64,000 nucleotides of DNA from Camelus dromedarius (taxonomy: Eukaryota): NCBI RefSeq assembly GCF_036321535.1, contig NC_087436.1, forward strand, positions 46,254,001 through 46,318,000, given 5' to 3'. Shown in pieces: positions 26,302 to 39,541 of this stretch. The notes beneath the pieces were generated by a model that made no database searches, was not told where the DNA came from, and was given only the letters and a program-made list of their open reading frames with translations. How positions within the stretch are numbered: position 1 is the first letter of the stretch; every line of letters begins with the position of its first letter. The translations under genes and the position numbers were made by a program.

Positions 26302-26805
26302 CAGATGATCCCTGACTTATGATGGTTCAACTTTACGATTTTTGACTTTATGATGGTGCAAAAGCAATACACATTCAGTAAAAACTGGGATCTGAACTTT
26401 GAATTTTGATCTTTTTCTGGGCTAGTCATATGTATATGATACTCTCTTGAGATGCTTGATGGTGTCAGCAGCCACAGCTCCCAGTCAGGCACGTGTTCAA
26501 CAGGGTAAACTACTGACAGACTTACAACCATTATGCACCCACACAGCCATCCTGTTTTTCACTTTCAATACAGAATTCAGTAAATTACACAAGATATTCA
26601 ACACGTTTTTATAAAATAGGCTTTGTGTTAGATGATTTTACCCAACTGTAGGCTACTGTAGTGTTCTGAGCACATTTAAGGTAGGTGAGGCTATGCTGTG
26701 ATGTTCAGTCTGTTAGGTGTGTTAGTGCATTGTCAGCTCATGATATTTTCAGTTTACCATGGTTTTAGCAGTACATAACCCCCATCGTACATCAAGGAAG
26801 ATTTG
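26302..26805. mobile_element. Tigger3-like (Tc1/mariner) non-autonomous DNA transposon
   Basis: TIRs CAGATGATCCCTGACTTATGATGG ... CCATCGTACATCAAGGAAGATTTG with flanking TA duplications (26300-26301, 26806-26807). Confidence 0.88.
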
Positions 26806-27566
26806 TAATTGAAAGTTTTTGCATCAATATTTTTGCTAGCTTTGGCTTGTCGTTTGGGTCATAGAAGAGGCTTGTATGGAAACAATCACTTCAAATTTCT
26901 TACTAAAAAAGAGTGTAACTTTGCATGCCCTTAAATACAATTATATATTTCTTTAATGCAACTTATTAATATACTCAAAATAGTATTTCCTGTAATATAT
27001 CAGTTAGATAGAACTAAAAGAAGGACATTTATTTTATTAAAAAAAAAATCTCTCATCTCACTGCATGGTTTTTACCATGTTCAATTTTAAGAACCCCAGC
27101 AACTTCTAGCAGTACCTTCTTAAGGATCAAGCTTTTCCACATTGAAAGCTACTAGGTAGAATGTTTATTTACAACCTAAGGCATTTTCAGTGCCTAAGAA
27201 TGACATTTTATTTTAAGTATTTTCATAATATCTTGTGTTTGTATATTGTTGACCAGTCATGTTTACTGTTTACCTCATAATGATCTTTCCACTATATAGA
27301 TTTGATTTATTTTCCTTTTCAGTGTAGGTACAGTGAGTGCTTTACAGGAGGAGGGATGGCTGATTTCAAGGCCCACAAAACACTGTATTGCTACTTTCAG
27401 CCTTAAGAAATGCAGGGATGCTGTTTACTCAACTGAATTGCATTAAAAACAACAAAAAACTCTTAAGTGTTGGTCTCAGAGAGGGCTTCTAGATTTTAAT
27501 GTTCTAATAGGACCAAAAGAAGTCCAGTCATTAGTTGGAGAATTGAAATAGTTTGTGGCAAAGTGG

Positions 27567-27601
27567 TATAATCAAGATGGATTATAATCAAGATGGATTA
27601 T
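27567..27601. repeat. Perfect 16-bp tandem duplication
   Basis: TATAATCAAGATGGAT x2 + TAT. Confidence 0.95.
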
Positions 27602-27699
27602 GGTCCTGCAGGCAGGACACTTAGACCTACAGGAGGCAAGTAGGATCAGATTGTGGTCAGGACATGGATTTGTAGAAAGGCTTAAATCGATCAGATTCA

Positions 27700-27965
27700 T
27701 CTCCAGGTCCCAACTTAGGCATTACTTACTGCCTCAGGGATGGCTTTCCTACCCTCTGCTCCCACCCCTTGGTGCTGTGTCCTTACCGAGTGCCCTGTTC
27801 ATCCTCTATTCTATTTTATCACATTTTATTGTATTTACTTCTTTACGTATCTATTTCCTCTGCTAGACTATGAACTTTTTGATGGCAAACACTGTAACTA
27901 TATTGTTTACTGTTTTTAATTCCCACCCCTTAGCACAGGCCTCACACAATAAGTATTTGCTGAAC
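27700..27965 (+). mobile_element. L2 3' end
   Basis: CTAGACTATGAACTTTTTGATGGCAA...TAGCACAGGCCTCACAC..AATAAGTATTTGCTGAA. Confidence 0.7.
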
Positions 27966-28179
27966 AGTGGTTGCAGAGAGAAGCAAAGGGAGGTTTAAGT
28001 GCCAGAGAATGTTCTCAGTGAGCTCAGTTGCTCAGTCCCTACATAGACTCCGGCTTCCAGCACTGAAGCTTCAGGGACCCTGAAGGACATATTAGGCCTT
28101 CAAATGCCTGGAGCTGTTTTGTCAGATTCTAATCCCTTGAGGGGAAACTATCTTTATTTTCGTGACCTCAGCATAGTCA

Positions 28180-28372
28180 TGTGTGTGTGTTGAGAAGATT
28201 TTATTTTAAGATCTATCCTCTTAGCAAATTACAAGTATACAATACAGTATTGTTAATTATTGTCACCATGTTGTACATCAGATCTCCAGAAATTATTCAT
28301 CTTGCATAACTGAAACATTGTACCCCTTGACCAATATCACCCCGTTTCCCCTTCTTCCCAACCCCTGGCAGT
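28180..28372 (-). mobile_element. L1MA-type 3' UTR fragment
   Basis: TTTAAGATCTATCCTCTTAGCAAATTACAAGTATACAATACAGTATTGTTAATTATTGTCACCATGTTGTACATCAGATCTCCAGAA. Confidence 0.88.
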
Positions 28373-29259
28373 AGCAAGAATTCTCACTGGATATGGGTTT
28401 TGAAACACCTAAAAAAGATGCGAATTTCATAGCCTGCAATGAACTGTAGTAAATTCAGCTCTCTACTTTAACTAAACAAAACAGCTTGTGAAGACTTATT
28501 ATAAAATGTTTTTAGAAGGACCTGGTGTGGATTTCCTATTTTAAGAACTACACTTTTTAGCATATATGCAAAATTTTATCTGTAATTTTCATCTTTCCTA
28601 TTAAGGAATTGTTTCTTCTCCCTAATAAATAAAATATCAACAAAAAAAAAAAATAGAACACTGTTTAATTTCCTCCTTACCTGCATTTTTTCCTGTGGAA
28701 AATAAAGTATTGATTTAGAAAATGTTATGGAGTACACCTTCTGTTCAGATTAGTTCTATGACATTTATTTTCCTTTGAACTAATGTTCATAGCTAGAAAC
28801 ACCAAACTTTTTATTTTAAAATTTATTTTATTGATTTGCACAATTAATATGGAGGTTAATTCATATATAATATACTTTGATATAGATGAATATATGAAGC
28901 TATATTATTTTCAAATAAGTCATAGAATTTTAAATATTGAATACTGTAACTTGTGGTTAATTAGACAATATTAGTATAACAATGTATTGCAAAGAGACAT
29001 TGCTCTGTAATAAGAAAATTAAAAAAATTTTTTTTGTCTTTTTTGTTTCTTCCCCTTTTGGAAGGGGAAAAACATTCATATGACTTTAGGTAAACTTTTA
29101 AAAATAAATCCAAATAAATTAGTTGAAGAAAAGCTATGCTTCATTATATTATGATGGAAACAAGTTGTTAGATTAATTTGGACTATTTAGTCTCAGTTAA
29201 AATCCCTGGAGCTGTAGTAGAATCTGAACAACTTAGCCAAAATGATTCAGCTCAGTCTA

Positions 29260-29940
29260 AGTATGCATTGAGAAAATTCATTTTCCAGCTGTCATTGAGT
29301 ATATTAAGCATCAGGTAGGTGATAGGTGGCTATAGATAGAGATATGGGTATATATGCACTCACATTAGGATAATCAAGACATGGTCTTTGCACTCAAAGA
29401 GTATTAAGGCTACAACAAGTGATGGAGGTGGGAATATAGACGAATGTGAGTAAGTGTTATAATAAAGGTGAACAGATTACTGTGACAATGTTGCTAATTA
29501 TTCCTGGCTAAATCAAAGAAGGCTGAGAATGGAGGGAAAGGAAATTTTAAGGAAAGTAAACAGCATGTACAGGACAGGATTTACCAAGGAGCACATATGG
29601 GCAGAAGTGAGGTGTTGCGTGTAGCTTGACAGGCTGAGTGAATGAAGTGGAATAGTAGATGAGGCTGGAGAGGTAATGTAGGAATAAATTTGTATAAGGA
29701 AATTTATGCCAAGTTAAAGAATTAAAATGTATCCCTTACGGAGTGGGAAGCACATGGAGGCTTTTAAAAAGGAGGATGACATTGTCAGATTTTTAGCGAG
29801 GTGGCTTTTAGAATGGTACAATGAGGGAGAACTTGGGGAAGAGTAGCCTAAGACACATGCAGTAGTGCAGGTGAGAGGTCCCCAGGGCAGGGCTCAGCAC
29901 CCCAGGTGTGGGGATGGAGAAGGGCAAGCTTGGACATTCC
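29260..29940 (-). mobile_element. Degenerate L2 fragment
   Basis: GATGAGGCTGGAGAGGTA...GTGGGAAGC...GCAGTAGTGCAGGTGAGAG...GGGGATGGAGAAG antisense L2 motifs. Confidence 0.65.
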
Positions 29941-32900
29941 AACGAATTCTTATCAAGAGGTTATCAAGAGATTTAAAGAAATATAGTTTATAAAAATACT
30001 TGATTCTCTCCACAATGGTTAATATTTCATTTATTTTATAAGCTTGTAATGCTTTCTGAGTCAAAATTTAGAGTAGTTTGGATCACAGCTTGGTTTAGTT
30101 TTGTCTGGTTCCAGATTAAACTTTTGGCACAGCCCTGAAAAAGCATCCCCTGCAAGGAAACTTTAATATGATATATAACAGCTCCTGAGAGTCATTATAT
30201 GTCAACAGGAACTAGAACTTCATAGGTATATTTTGATTTCAGCAAAAGATATACTATAAATAAAAATATAAATGTGTGACTCATTTATGACTGAGCATTG
30301 TTTGTGTGTAAGCTGCATGAAGTGAAATGCGTTGGCATGATAAAATAATTATCTCTTCCTATTTGTAACTAAAAGAAAGAACCTTAATTTATAGAGAAAC
30401 TGCAAAGCAAGAGAACTATGTTGCATCGCAAAGTGAACCAGCAAAAAGGCCCACTCTTACTGGTACTTGCTTTTGCTCTTTAATTAATTTATTTGGTAGT
30501 ATTTCTTCAGTCATGATGGTGAGAGGGCTGTAGTAAATTTACTTAAAATCCTCAACATTTTAAAGCCAGGATAGAAAGCAAGAATGTGGAGGGAGAGTTC
30601 AGAGGGATATCACTGAAATTTCACAATAACCTGGAAAACAATACTGGCCAAGGGATGGTCATGATTCATTTAATATTTCATCAAGATGCAGAGCCTCCTT
30701 CTGAAGAAATGATGAACCACTGTGGGAGAGTTGGATTCTCAATTCCTAGTTCATCTTTCTTGGTATCCTCAGAAATGGCAATCTGAAAGCTTGGCTAGTT
30801 GCTGTTACTCCGTGCTCTCTCTGCCCAAGCTGACCGGATTAAAGAGTTGAGGATATATATGAATGGAGGGCAAGATGAACAGTTTTGTCTAAATTGTTTC
30901 TCTAGTTCTAGAAATCATCCGTCAACCTTCCATCCCCATCTATCTGAAATTGTTGGTGAGTTGTGTCACTGTAGAGAGCTCCCTCTGTTATTTGCTCCAC
31001 AATATCTTTGACTTCTTTCACTTCTGCTTTTTCAGTGATGGCCTTTTCTACGAGACTGTCAGAGCCTGTATCCATGTTGTCCACAGGGTGCCCAGCTCCA
31101 AGCTAATGTACATTAAATATGTCTCAAAAGGAAAGTAGGAGGGAGAGAGAAAAAGAAGAGAAGCTGGCCTTAGAAAGTAGAGGACAGGGTAAAATCTCAT
31201 CACGTCAGTTATCCTTACAAACATAATTATACTGACACTTTTCTTAAAATGCTAAAAACATTATGATGATACATTTTTAGAACAGTGCCTGATACAATAA
31301 ATATTTGTTTTTCTTGAATGTTCTCAAACTTGTTCTTCGTCCATTCAGTAAGCTGTGGGCAAAAAGACTTTATTTAGTGCTCCATAGGTGGAATTAGTGA
31401 TCGAAAATATAGAGGAGTTATGGGGCATAACTCAGGGAAACCTTGGCTCCACTCTTGATGTGTCCCCTGCCTCACTTTGCAGCCATATATTGGCTAGGAT
31501 TTGCACACATGTTATCTTGAATGGGACTCTTGAGAGAGAAAGATGAGTTTTATAAAATGTACTTCTGGTTCAATTTCAAGGATTATTTAAACCTACTTAA
31601 GATGTTATACAAATTCCTATAGGGTTTTTTTGTTGCCCTTACAAACTTTTGTCTAACAGGGCAAAGTTTTCATTTTCCTTCCAGTTTATGAAATTCAAGA
31701 GGAGTATATTTGTTTAAAAAAATTACTAACAGACTTCATTAAACATATCCATTTAATAGAAGTTTGATTAAAATTCATTTTCCAATTTCAGAGGTGCATT
31801 ATTTATGTAATACTTTCCTACTACTTATAAATAACTTTATTCTTGCGGATTTCCCAGTCACTCACTGGAATGAAAGGACACTGTCAGATATATCAAATTC
31901 AGTAGAAATGTCTAATATCACTCAGCAATTAAAAAGAAGGAATTAAGAATTCTTGGAAAAAGCCATTTGTCACAAGCTATAATTTGCATATTTGATTCAT
32001 ATTAATTAGATCATTACTTGACATTACTTTTCAGAGACAAAAACAAGGGCCAAGAGAGACAATTAGAGCCTTAATAAGACTTGTGTTCTCACAGCACCAG
32101 GAAATATTTTCATTGGAAATATGCTTCACTGTGACTGACTTGATACAGATCAGTAGAGTGCAAAGCCCATTTCACAAATATTTTGATGTTTAGGCCCTAG
32201 GAAGAAATGGCACCTGTTCCAACTCTGAATGCGGAACCCAAATAAACAGCAGAGTCAGAGCACCACTAGAAGATGGCTTAATTGTTTTTATTTGTGAGCC
32301 AAAAGTAATAGGGAAGATTGGAATTCTACACACCAGATTTGTTGGAAAGCTGATTCAGTTGAGTTCCCAGCCAAAATGAAAGCAGGAAAATGACACTTAC
32401 TTGGTCGAGGACATAAAGAGAAAGAAGGAAAAGTGACAGAATGATAGTTAGATTGGCAGAAAGGAGCTAATGAGTCCCAGCTGTATTTAAAAGGAAAGCA
32501 TAGAGTTTTTTGAAGCATAATGATGGAAGGAAGGAGATTGGGATAATTGATCTAACAGACATGCCAAATGAAATATGTTTGTTGTCCGTTGGGGAATCTG
32601 GAATATGCCACTGAATACCTTTAGCTTATCTTGTAAGTTGTGACTAAAAATACACACACTTTCACACACTCATAGATAGCTCACATTGATTTGAACTGCA
32701 CTGATTTGAAATTCAGGTACTATGTGTGTCACTTGTTAAACAGAAAATTTTATCTAATTTCATTTGTTGTCCCAAGTTTTTAAAAAGTGAAAATGGAAAT
32801 CTAAAATCAAAATTGTCATCCTTTTAAAGCAAAGGCCTAAGAAATCAGAAGTATTAATGTTGAAATTCCAGATGCTTTCAGATGCTGAAGATGCTTCAGT

Positions 32901-33969
32901 TCAAGAAACACCAATATTGAGTAACATGCATGTAGTCACGAGAAGAGGGCTGTTCATGTACAAGCCCTCTTCTAGTAGCAACCCTGTGTTAACACAATGT
33001 TTATACTACATTAAATTTATGTTTAAAATTTCGAACATTATGGAAATAACATATACTTACCGTGAATTGTAATTTTTCTCACTAGTTTTTTACAATATTG
33101 TGACTACTAATCTTTGTTATTTTTTTAACAGAGTATTTGAAATTCCCTTTAAAGATCTTTAAAATTAACGCCTATGCTTTAACTTTAATTTTTCTTCATG
33201 TTCTCTTGGTTTTCTTTTTTTATGCTGATGGTTGGAAATTATTAGAGATGACCCTGTTTGGGGACTGTTGTTAGAGTTGAGAAGTTGTTTTCTGACTCAG
33301 CCTAATGCATAGTGGCTTTGTGACAACTGTACATGTTCTGCTTGAAAGTTATGAAACTTTAAAGTTTTTTAAAGTTGCTGTTTCTTGTTTATTAATTATT
33401 GAAATTAAGCTAAACTTAATGTATATACTTGAATTCTTATTTTCGTTAATTCAGAGAATGTACAGTCTTGTTCTAGCTGCAGACGGTGTTACATGACTAC
33501 CATCATACGTTGTTTTTCTAGTTTTTATTGCAAACGTTTGAAAGATGCCTCTCTTAGTTCAGGTATGGAGTCTAAAACCACAGAATGAAGTGGAACTAAA
33601 GGGTTCAGGGGTCCCATTTCTCTAAGCCATCCAATCAGGCTTAGTAAGAAATGAATTATTAAAGAGCAGGAAAATGCTAGTCTATCAAACAGGACCTAAT
33701 TGTGATTATGCACATAGAGACTGGGCTGAAAGTTTCATATTGATAATATCATAAACCAAGTTGTTGTGGAAATGCTTAAAATATTTAAGAGAGCAAAAAG
33801 CATCCACATATGAGGTAGAACCATTTAGAGAAACTGATTTGCACAATTACTCATTAAAACATGATTCCTAAAGACCTGTTAAATAGATGAATGAATAAGA
33901 TGAATAATCCTTGTTAAGTAAATGATTAAATGAATGTTGTTAATCTAGGTTAAATTACAAATCTAAAAC

Positions 33970-34358
33970 TGTATTGAACTAGTCACAGTAGGCTCACTGT
34001 TTTAACTGACAATTTGCCCCAAATCCAATCTCTTAACATGAAAAATTGTATTTCTTGCTCAGGTCATATTCCAATCTGGGGAATGGAAGTGTAGAGGTGG
34101 AAGAGATGTCTCTACTTTCATTCATTCAAGAATTCAGGATCCTTTCATTGTCCCTGGGCTAACATCCCTTCAGGGCCTTGTCTTCCTTTCTTATCACACA
34201 GTGGCTAAGGAAAGAGCAAAATCATGGAGGATTTGCATAGAGGGCGTTTTGTATAAGCCAGGGCTAAAAGTGGTCCATATTACTTCTGTCCACATTCCAT
34301 TATGTGCCCAAGAAAAAAGAAAACAGAGTTTGGTGAATACAGAGCATTCTCTTCCACA
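33970..34358 (-). mobile_element. MaLR solo LTR (MLT1J-like)
   Basis: CCCCAAATC...TATTTCTTGCTCA...CATATTACTTCTGTCCACATTCCATT...TTTGGTGAATACAG..TTCTCTTCCACA. Confidence 0.7.
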
Positions 34359-35189
34359 AGCATTTCCTAAGAAAACATTTTGCAATTCATAATTTTCACT
34401 AATTAAAACTGAGCTGTACCACTCATGAATCCATATTACTTAGGTTTTACTACTTGGATTAGGTAATTACTTAGCAGAAGTGTTGAAGCAATTTGCAATT
34501 CTGTGATCATCAACATAGACTTTGGCTCATCAATTTCACTTTGGCTCTAAGCTGAAGGGTCAGGAAATCCCCATGAGTTATTTATTTTACTTTTATAATT
34601 AGAAATGACTCTTTGGTGTATTGCAACAGATCAGAACCAGAAACTGGTAGGATTTGATGAACAGAGACACAGGTGGCTTCTCATAATGAACCCGATATGA
34701 GGTATTTGGAGTAGTTCAAGAGCTGAGCTGGCTTCCAGGTGTTCCTGTTCCCAAAGTCAGACTTCGGTTACCTGCCAAGGAAGTAAAGCCTTATTCATCA
34801 GAAAACACCTTTAGCCATTTATGCTGTTTAGGCTTCCAAAGGCTGCTGTGCAGCACTCGTAGCAGAATTTCCTGCAAAGGGGACATAGTTGATCTTCTGC
34901 AATTAGTCTACTTCAATTTCCCCACTGCTTCCCTTCTGTATGTTGCTAGCCCACCTCTCTCTCACCCTTAGTTCTTTCATATCCCGTCTTGCATATCCTC
35001 CAGTGGTATAAACAAAACACTCTGCAGAACTGATTGCTACATGGCTGTAGCAAAGGCAACAGTATCTGGTGGAAATAATTTTAGGCTGATGGACCGGCAA
35101 TTTAAAGTGAATGCCACCAACTTAATAACATTTTACACATCTCTAAGCCTTGCTGGATTTACTCAAATAGACTGGAAATCAATACAGCT

Positions 35190-35590
35190 AAGTGCTTGGG
35201 TTGCATTTCATTTACTAGATAGGATACCTTTTGTCTTAGCCAAGGATGGCCAGGAAACAGCCTGAGTGAGAGGCTTACATGTTAGCGTTTTACTGTGGAG
35301 TGCAAGTGCAGGGAAGCAGAAGTGAGGGGAAAAGCAGAGCAAGGCAGGTAGCGTGGAAGGTACAAGGGGGTGCATTTCCATCCTGGCCACAGCTTTCTAA
35401 CAAGCTTCCCAAAAATTGCTCAGTCTCATGGGTCATCATCTGAGAGGACATATGAGCTACTGCATGTCAGAATAGTCTCTCAGGGAGAGGAATAGAGAAG
35501 AATCTATCCACTGGCTCCCTTCTTTAAAATTAGTTAAAATTAAATTTCACACCCCCAGGGAGCAGGGTACTAATTCCTCTGCCCTTCCAG
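35190..35590 (-). mobile_element. Old ERVL LTR fragment (LTR33-like)
   Basis: GAAACAGCCTGAG...GCAGGGAAGCAGAAGTGAGGGG...TATCCACTGGCTCCC. Tentative. Confidence 0.5.
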
Positions 35591-37184
35591 GTTGTGTCAC
35601 TGACATTTCCAGGCAGTCACCGTGATACCAAGTTCCCTGTGACTTTGGTCCAGCCAGTCTCTGTCAGACAGGGCCTTGAGGGGCCACTGCATCTGAGCAG
35701 GTGCATCAGCTGTGGCTATGATCTGGCTCCAAGACCTCTGGAATTGTGGCTGCTGAGGCTGCTCTGGCCAGAGAGCAATGTTCAGATTGGGTGGTGGGTG
35801 GGAGGAGGGGATGAGGGCACACAAACTGAGTGCAGTAAACTTGATGCTTTCATCTAATTCTTTTTAGTCATGCCCATTCTGATTTCCATAGCTTTCACAG
35901 GCCAACTCATATTAAAGTGGTCTCCTCGATTCTAGACATTCCTCATTGCAATCCAAACTCTCAGTGCATTGAATTTGCATTGCACTTTGGGAGGCCAACA
36001 AAGTCAAGTAAACAAATAAATACGATCATTTCATGGAATAATAAGTACCATGTTGGAAACAAAACAGGGTGATATATAGTAATTGCAGGTGTCCTGAGAA
36101 TCCATACAGCTTGGCACTTAGAGGTTTTTGACAATTCTTTTCCCTTCTATCCATTGCCTTGCTAATCTCAACAAATTCATCTCCGATTCCGCAACAATAT
36201 GGTCTCCCTGGTCCAGAAACCTAAAACTATTTGCAATCTTCTCAATTTGATTCGCTAATTTCTAATTTGGGGCTTTTGCTTATACCAGTCCTTGAATAAA
36301 AATATCTTCTACCACTTCCTAGTTAATTTCTCTCCTGTTCATCTTTCAGACTCTGATTAAAGACTCACCTTCTACAAGAAGCCTCTCCTAATATACCTTT
36401 CCTTTGCTATATCTTCAATTGCCTTTGTTTATATCAACTGCGCTATGTTATGCTAATTTGAACTGAATTCTGTAGTGTCTTAAAAGTGTTCTCAAGTGCT
36501 TTTCAAAGTTCTCTATTCAACATTGCTTTCCTGACCCCATGTGCAGTCTTGGACAAAAGTATTGGAATGACTAGCAGATTCCACTAGGAAACTTCAGGGC
36601 CCTATAGAGAGAAGGTTCACTAAAATGGTACCTGTTGCCTGAGGTTTGAAGTGAACAACTTCTTCATACTTTATCCTGGTTAACATAAGATCCCTAGTTA
36701 GGTCACTAACTGGTCTGTGACCTCAGGCACTTCTCATCTTAATTTTCCCATCTATAAAATAAGTTTTATAAGTGAACTCCAACAACTTTTCTAGCTTCAG
36801 TATAACTTTAAAATATTAATATTAATGTAGTAACTGGAATAATGATTTTTTTTTCTGAATTGTGTAAGGAAATGGACCATAACTTTTGGAATTTGTGTGG
36901 AAAAGAAATTATTATATAAAACGGAGAAAATATTTGATTTTAAAATTTAGAGTGCAGGAGCAGTAGGGTCTGGCTATACATACAAATTCCCTTATCCCTT
37001 CCCGAACAATGCGAATTCAGTGTCAAGAGTTCAGGAAGCTTATATTTAAACATCAATCCAGGTAATTCTGTTATAGGTATGATATACTATTACTTGATAT
37101 AGATAGTTAGGGCTAAAGAAAAAGAGAATTGATTTACCATATTGTAAGGCAAATCAGATAACAAGAACTAATATGATTTTCTGT

Positions 37185-37387
37185 CAACTAGAACTACATT
37201 GTCTCTATTGACATTTTGGATTGGGTAATTCTTTGTTTTGGAAGGGCTGTGCATGGTAAAATGTTTAGCAGAAGTCCTTGGCCTCTAACCACTAGAAGCC
37301 AGTAGCACCCTTCATTCATGAGAAGCAATGTTTCCGGAGTTTTTCAAATATCCCCCGGGGGCAAAATTACCCTAATTGAGAAGCACT
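37185..37387 (+). mobile_element. MER20 hAT-Charlie MITE
   Basis: CTATTGACATTTTGGATTGGGTAATTCTTTG...ATGTTTAGCAG...GGCCTCTAACCACTAGAAGCCAGTAGCACCC...GGGGGCAAAATTACCC..TTGAGAAGCACT. Confidence 0.88.
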
Positions 37388-39419
37388 AAACATGCTCTAG
37401 TTGCAAACCATATAAAGGAGTTGAAATATGTAAAATATTATAAATATTTCTCACCTATTGCATAAAATGTCCAGAGTCTAACAATATTTAAGTTTATATA
37501 ATAAAATGATTTATTGTAATGAAAGGAAATCAGCCACTTATATAGTATGGAGAATGGTAAAAGGATTTGGGGGTACACTTACATAAAAACTTTTTTGAAA
37601 TGCAGAGTTTGAAAAACAGTGAATCCCAATGAGAATTTTTAGTTCTTTCCTCACTTACAGGTCAGGCCAACAGGTCACTGGCTGTCCCTTGGGGCCAGTG
37701 GTTGGGTCATACAGCTCTTCCTGCTGACCTCTGGCTCACAGGCTGTCTGTTGGACCAACAATAAGCCACTCTTGCAGTAATTAGAGCAAATGTGTTAAAT
37801 TGTGCAGATGGACAGAGCCTGGTCACAAGGGAACTTTTGGGCGGAGGTGGCTTATCCATGATCAACTGCAGCAAGGCAAACTTAGATTAAAAAAATATGA
37901 AATAAGCAGACATCTCCTCTGCTTTCCTTTACCTTCAATTTGAAGACAATTTGCCTTCTACATCCTTAAAACTGACTAACATAAACTCATGATAATATTT
38001 ATTATTTTAGGTTAATTATGGCCAATTTCCAAAGCAGTTTTATTTTCTTCTAATAGTTTGCTCTATTTATAAACATAACTTAAAATGTTTGTTTGACTTC
38101 ATTTTAGTGATTCAAACATTTCTAAAAATGAACCAACAAGCTGTTCTTTTCTTCTCTTTGACTTTACACATATGCTCAATTTTCAGGGATCTCTGAGATG
38201 AGCATCAGAATTACACTTTCACTTAGACCTTTACTTATTCATGGACACATCTTGACCCTAAGTTAAGAAAAACAATGTAAATTTCTTTAGTTAGAACAAC
38301 CAACATGGATTTTAACCCTTGTGTTTAAACTGTAGTCGTGATTTTATTACACTCTTCCCACTCCAGCCTGATGTCTTTTTGTTTGTTTTTAATTTACAAA
38401 TTCTAAGATAAATTGGTTTATTCACAATTTTTTTTTGTTATTTGACACTTTGACCACTTTGAAAGTGCATGATTTTAACTATTTATTTCCATTTATACTT
38501 TGGTAATCAATTTTAATTCCTACTTTGCTACCAGTCTCTTTGTTCTGATTGCGTTATTTTATGTAGCTTGTTCTGTTTGTTTCTGATGACTTCCTTTCAT
38601 GGCCCTCTCAGTTAGCCTACCAATATTTCTTCTGTTCTTGAGGATTCCACTCCTCACTTTCAAAATGCTACACTAGTTCCCAATGTTGATAATACAGCAA
38701 ACCAGCAATCATTCCACCCCCAGATCCAGAACCCTGCCTTATGAATTTGGAATACCTAAGATTAGGTACTTTTCCTGATCCTTTTCTTCACAGTGAATGC
38801 TTTCCATAGCTCTTTCTTTTTCACTCATCTATTCTGTACTGCACACCCTGCTTCATACTATCCCATTACTTAACTGTTAGCCATTGTATTTGTTTAGAAG
38901 AAAGCCTGAGGGGAGCTAGTGCAGTGGAGGGAAGGACCCAGCAAAGGATGATGAGCTGGTGCTGATGGTGAGAGAAGTGGAAGCAGAGGATTCTCCATCA
39001 CACTTTGGTGTTCTCATGCATGTCTCTAGAATGAAGAAAAGTGAGAACTGACTCATTTTATAAATTATATATTTTATTTCTTCTAAAAATTGTCACCAGA
39101 ATCCCCACTATTAGCATTAGAAACATTAGGTTAGATTGTAGTAAGAGCCACTTGAGTAATATACTCAGTTGGACTTGTAAGAGTATCTTTAGATTTAAAG
39201 CCTCATATAGTAGAGAATACTTTTTACGACATTCTTGCCATTTTCTTTTTTCATCTAGAATGTATTTTATATTTTCTTTTATTTTGTTTCTGTTCATTAT
39301 CTTCCTCTCTATTTTGGAGTACTGTAAGAAATTTTAGCACGTAATAAAGATTTTTTACTTGATATTTTGTAACACTAGAAGTCTATTTTTCTGGATTGTT
39401 TCACTTATTACAGAGTTGC

Positions 39420-39541
39420 ATTTTTTTTTCGTTCAGCTTTATTGAGATAAAGTTGACAAAATTGTAAGCTATTTAAAGTGTGTATCACAATGATTTGATA
39501 TCCATATACATTATGAAAATTATCTAGCTAATTAATACATG
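39420..39541 (-). mobile_element. Short 5'-truncated L1 3' end with TSD
   Basis: T-tail + CAGCTTTATTGAGATAAAGTTGACAAA. TSD ACAGAGTTGC at 39410-39419 and 39542-39551, followed by TTTT/AA (canonical L1 endonuclease site). Confidence 0.85.

Noticed and set aside
27567..27601. Short direct repeats as a CRISPR-like or functional array (also 29949-29970)
   Set aside because: Two adjacent units with no spacers in mammalian DNA are ordinary slippage duplications.
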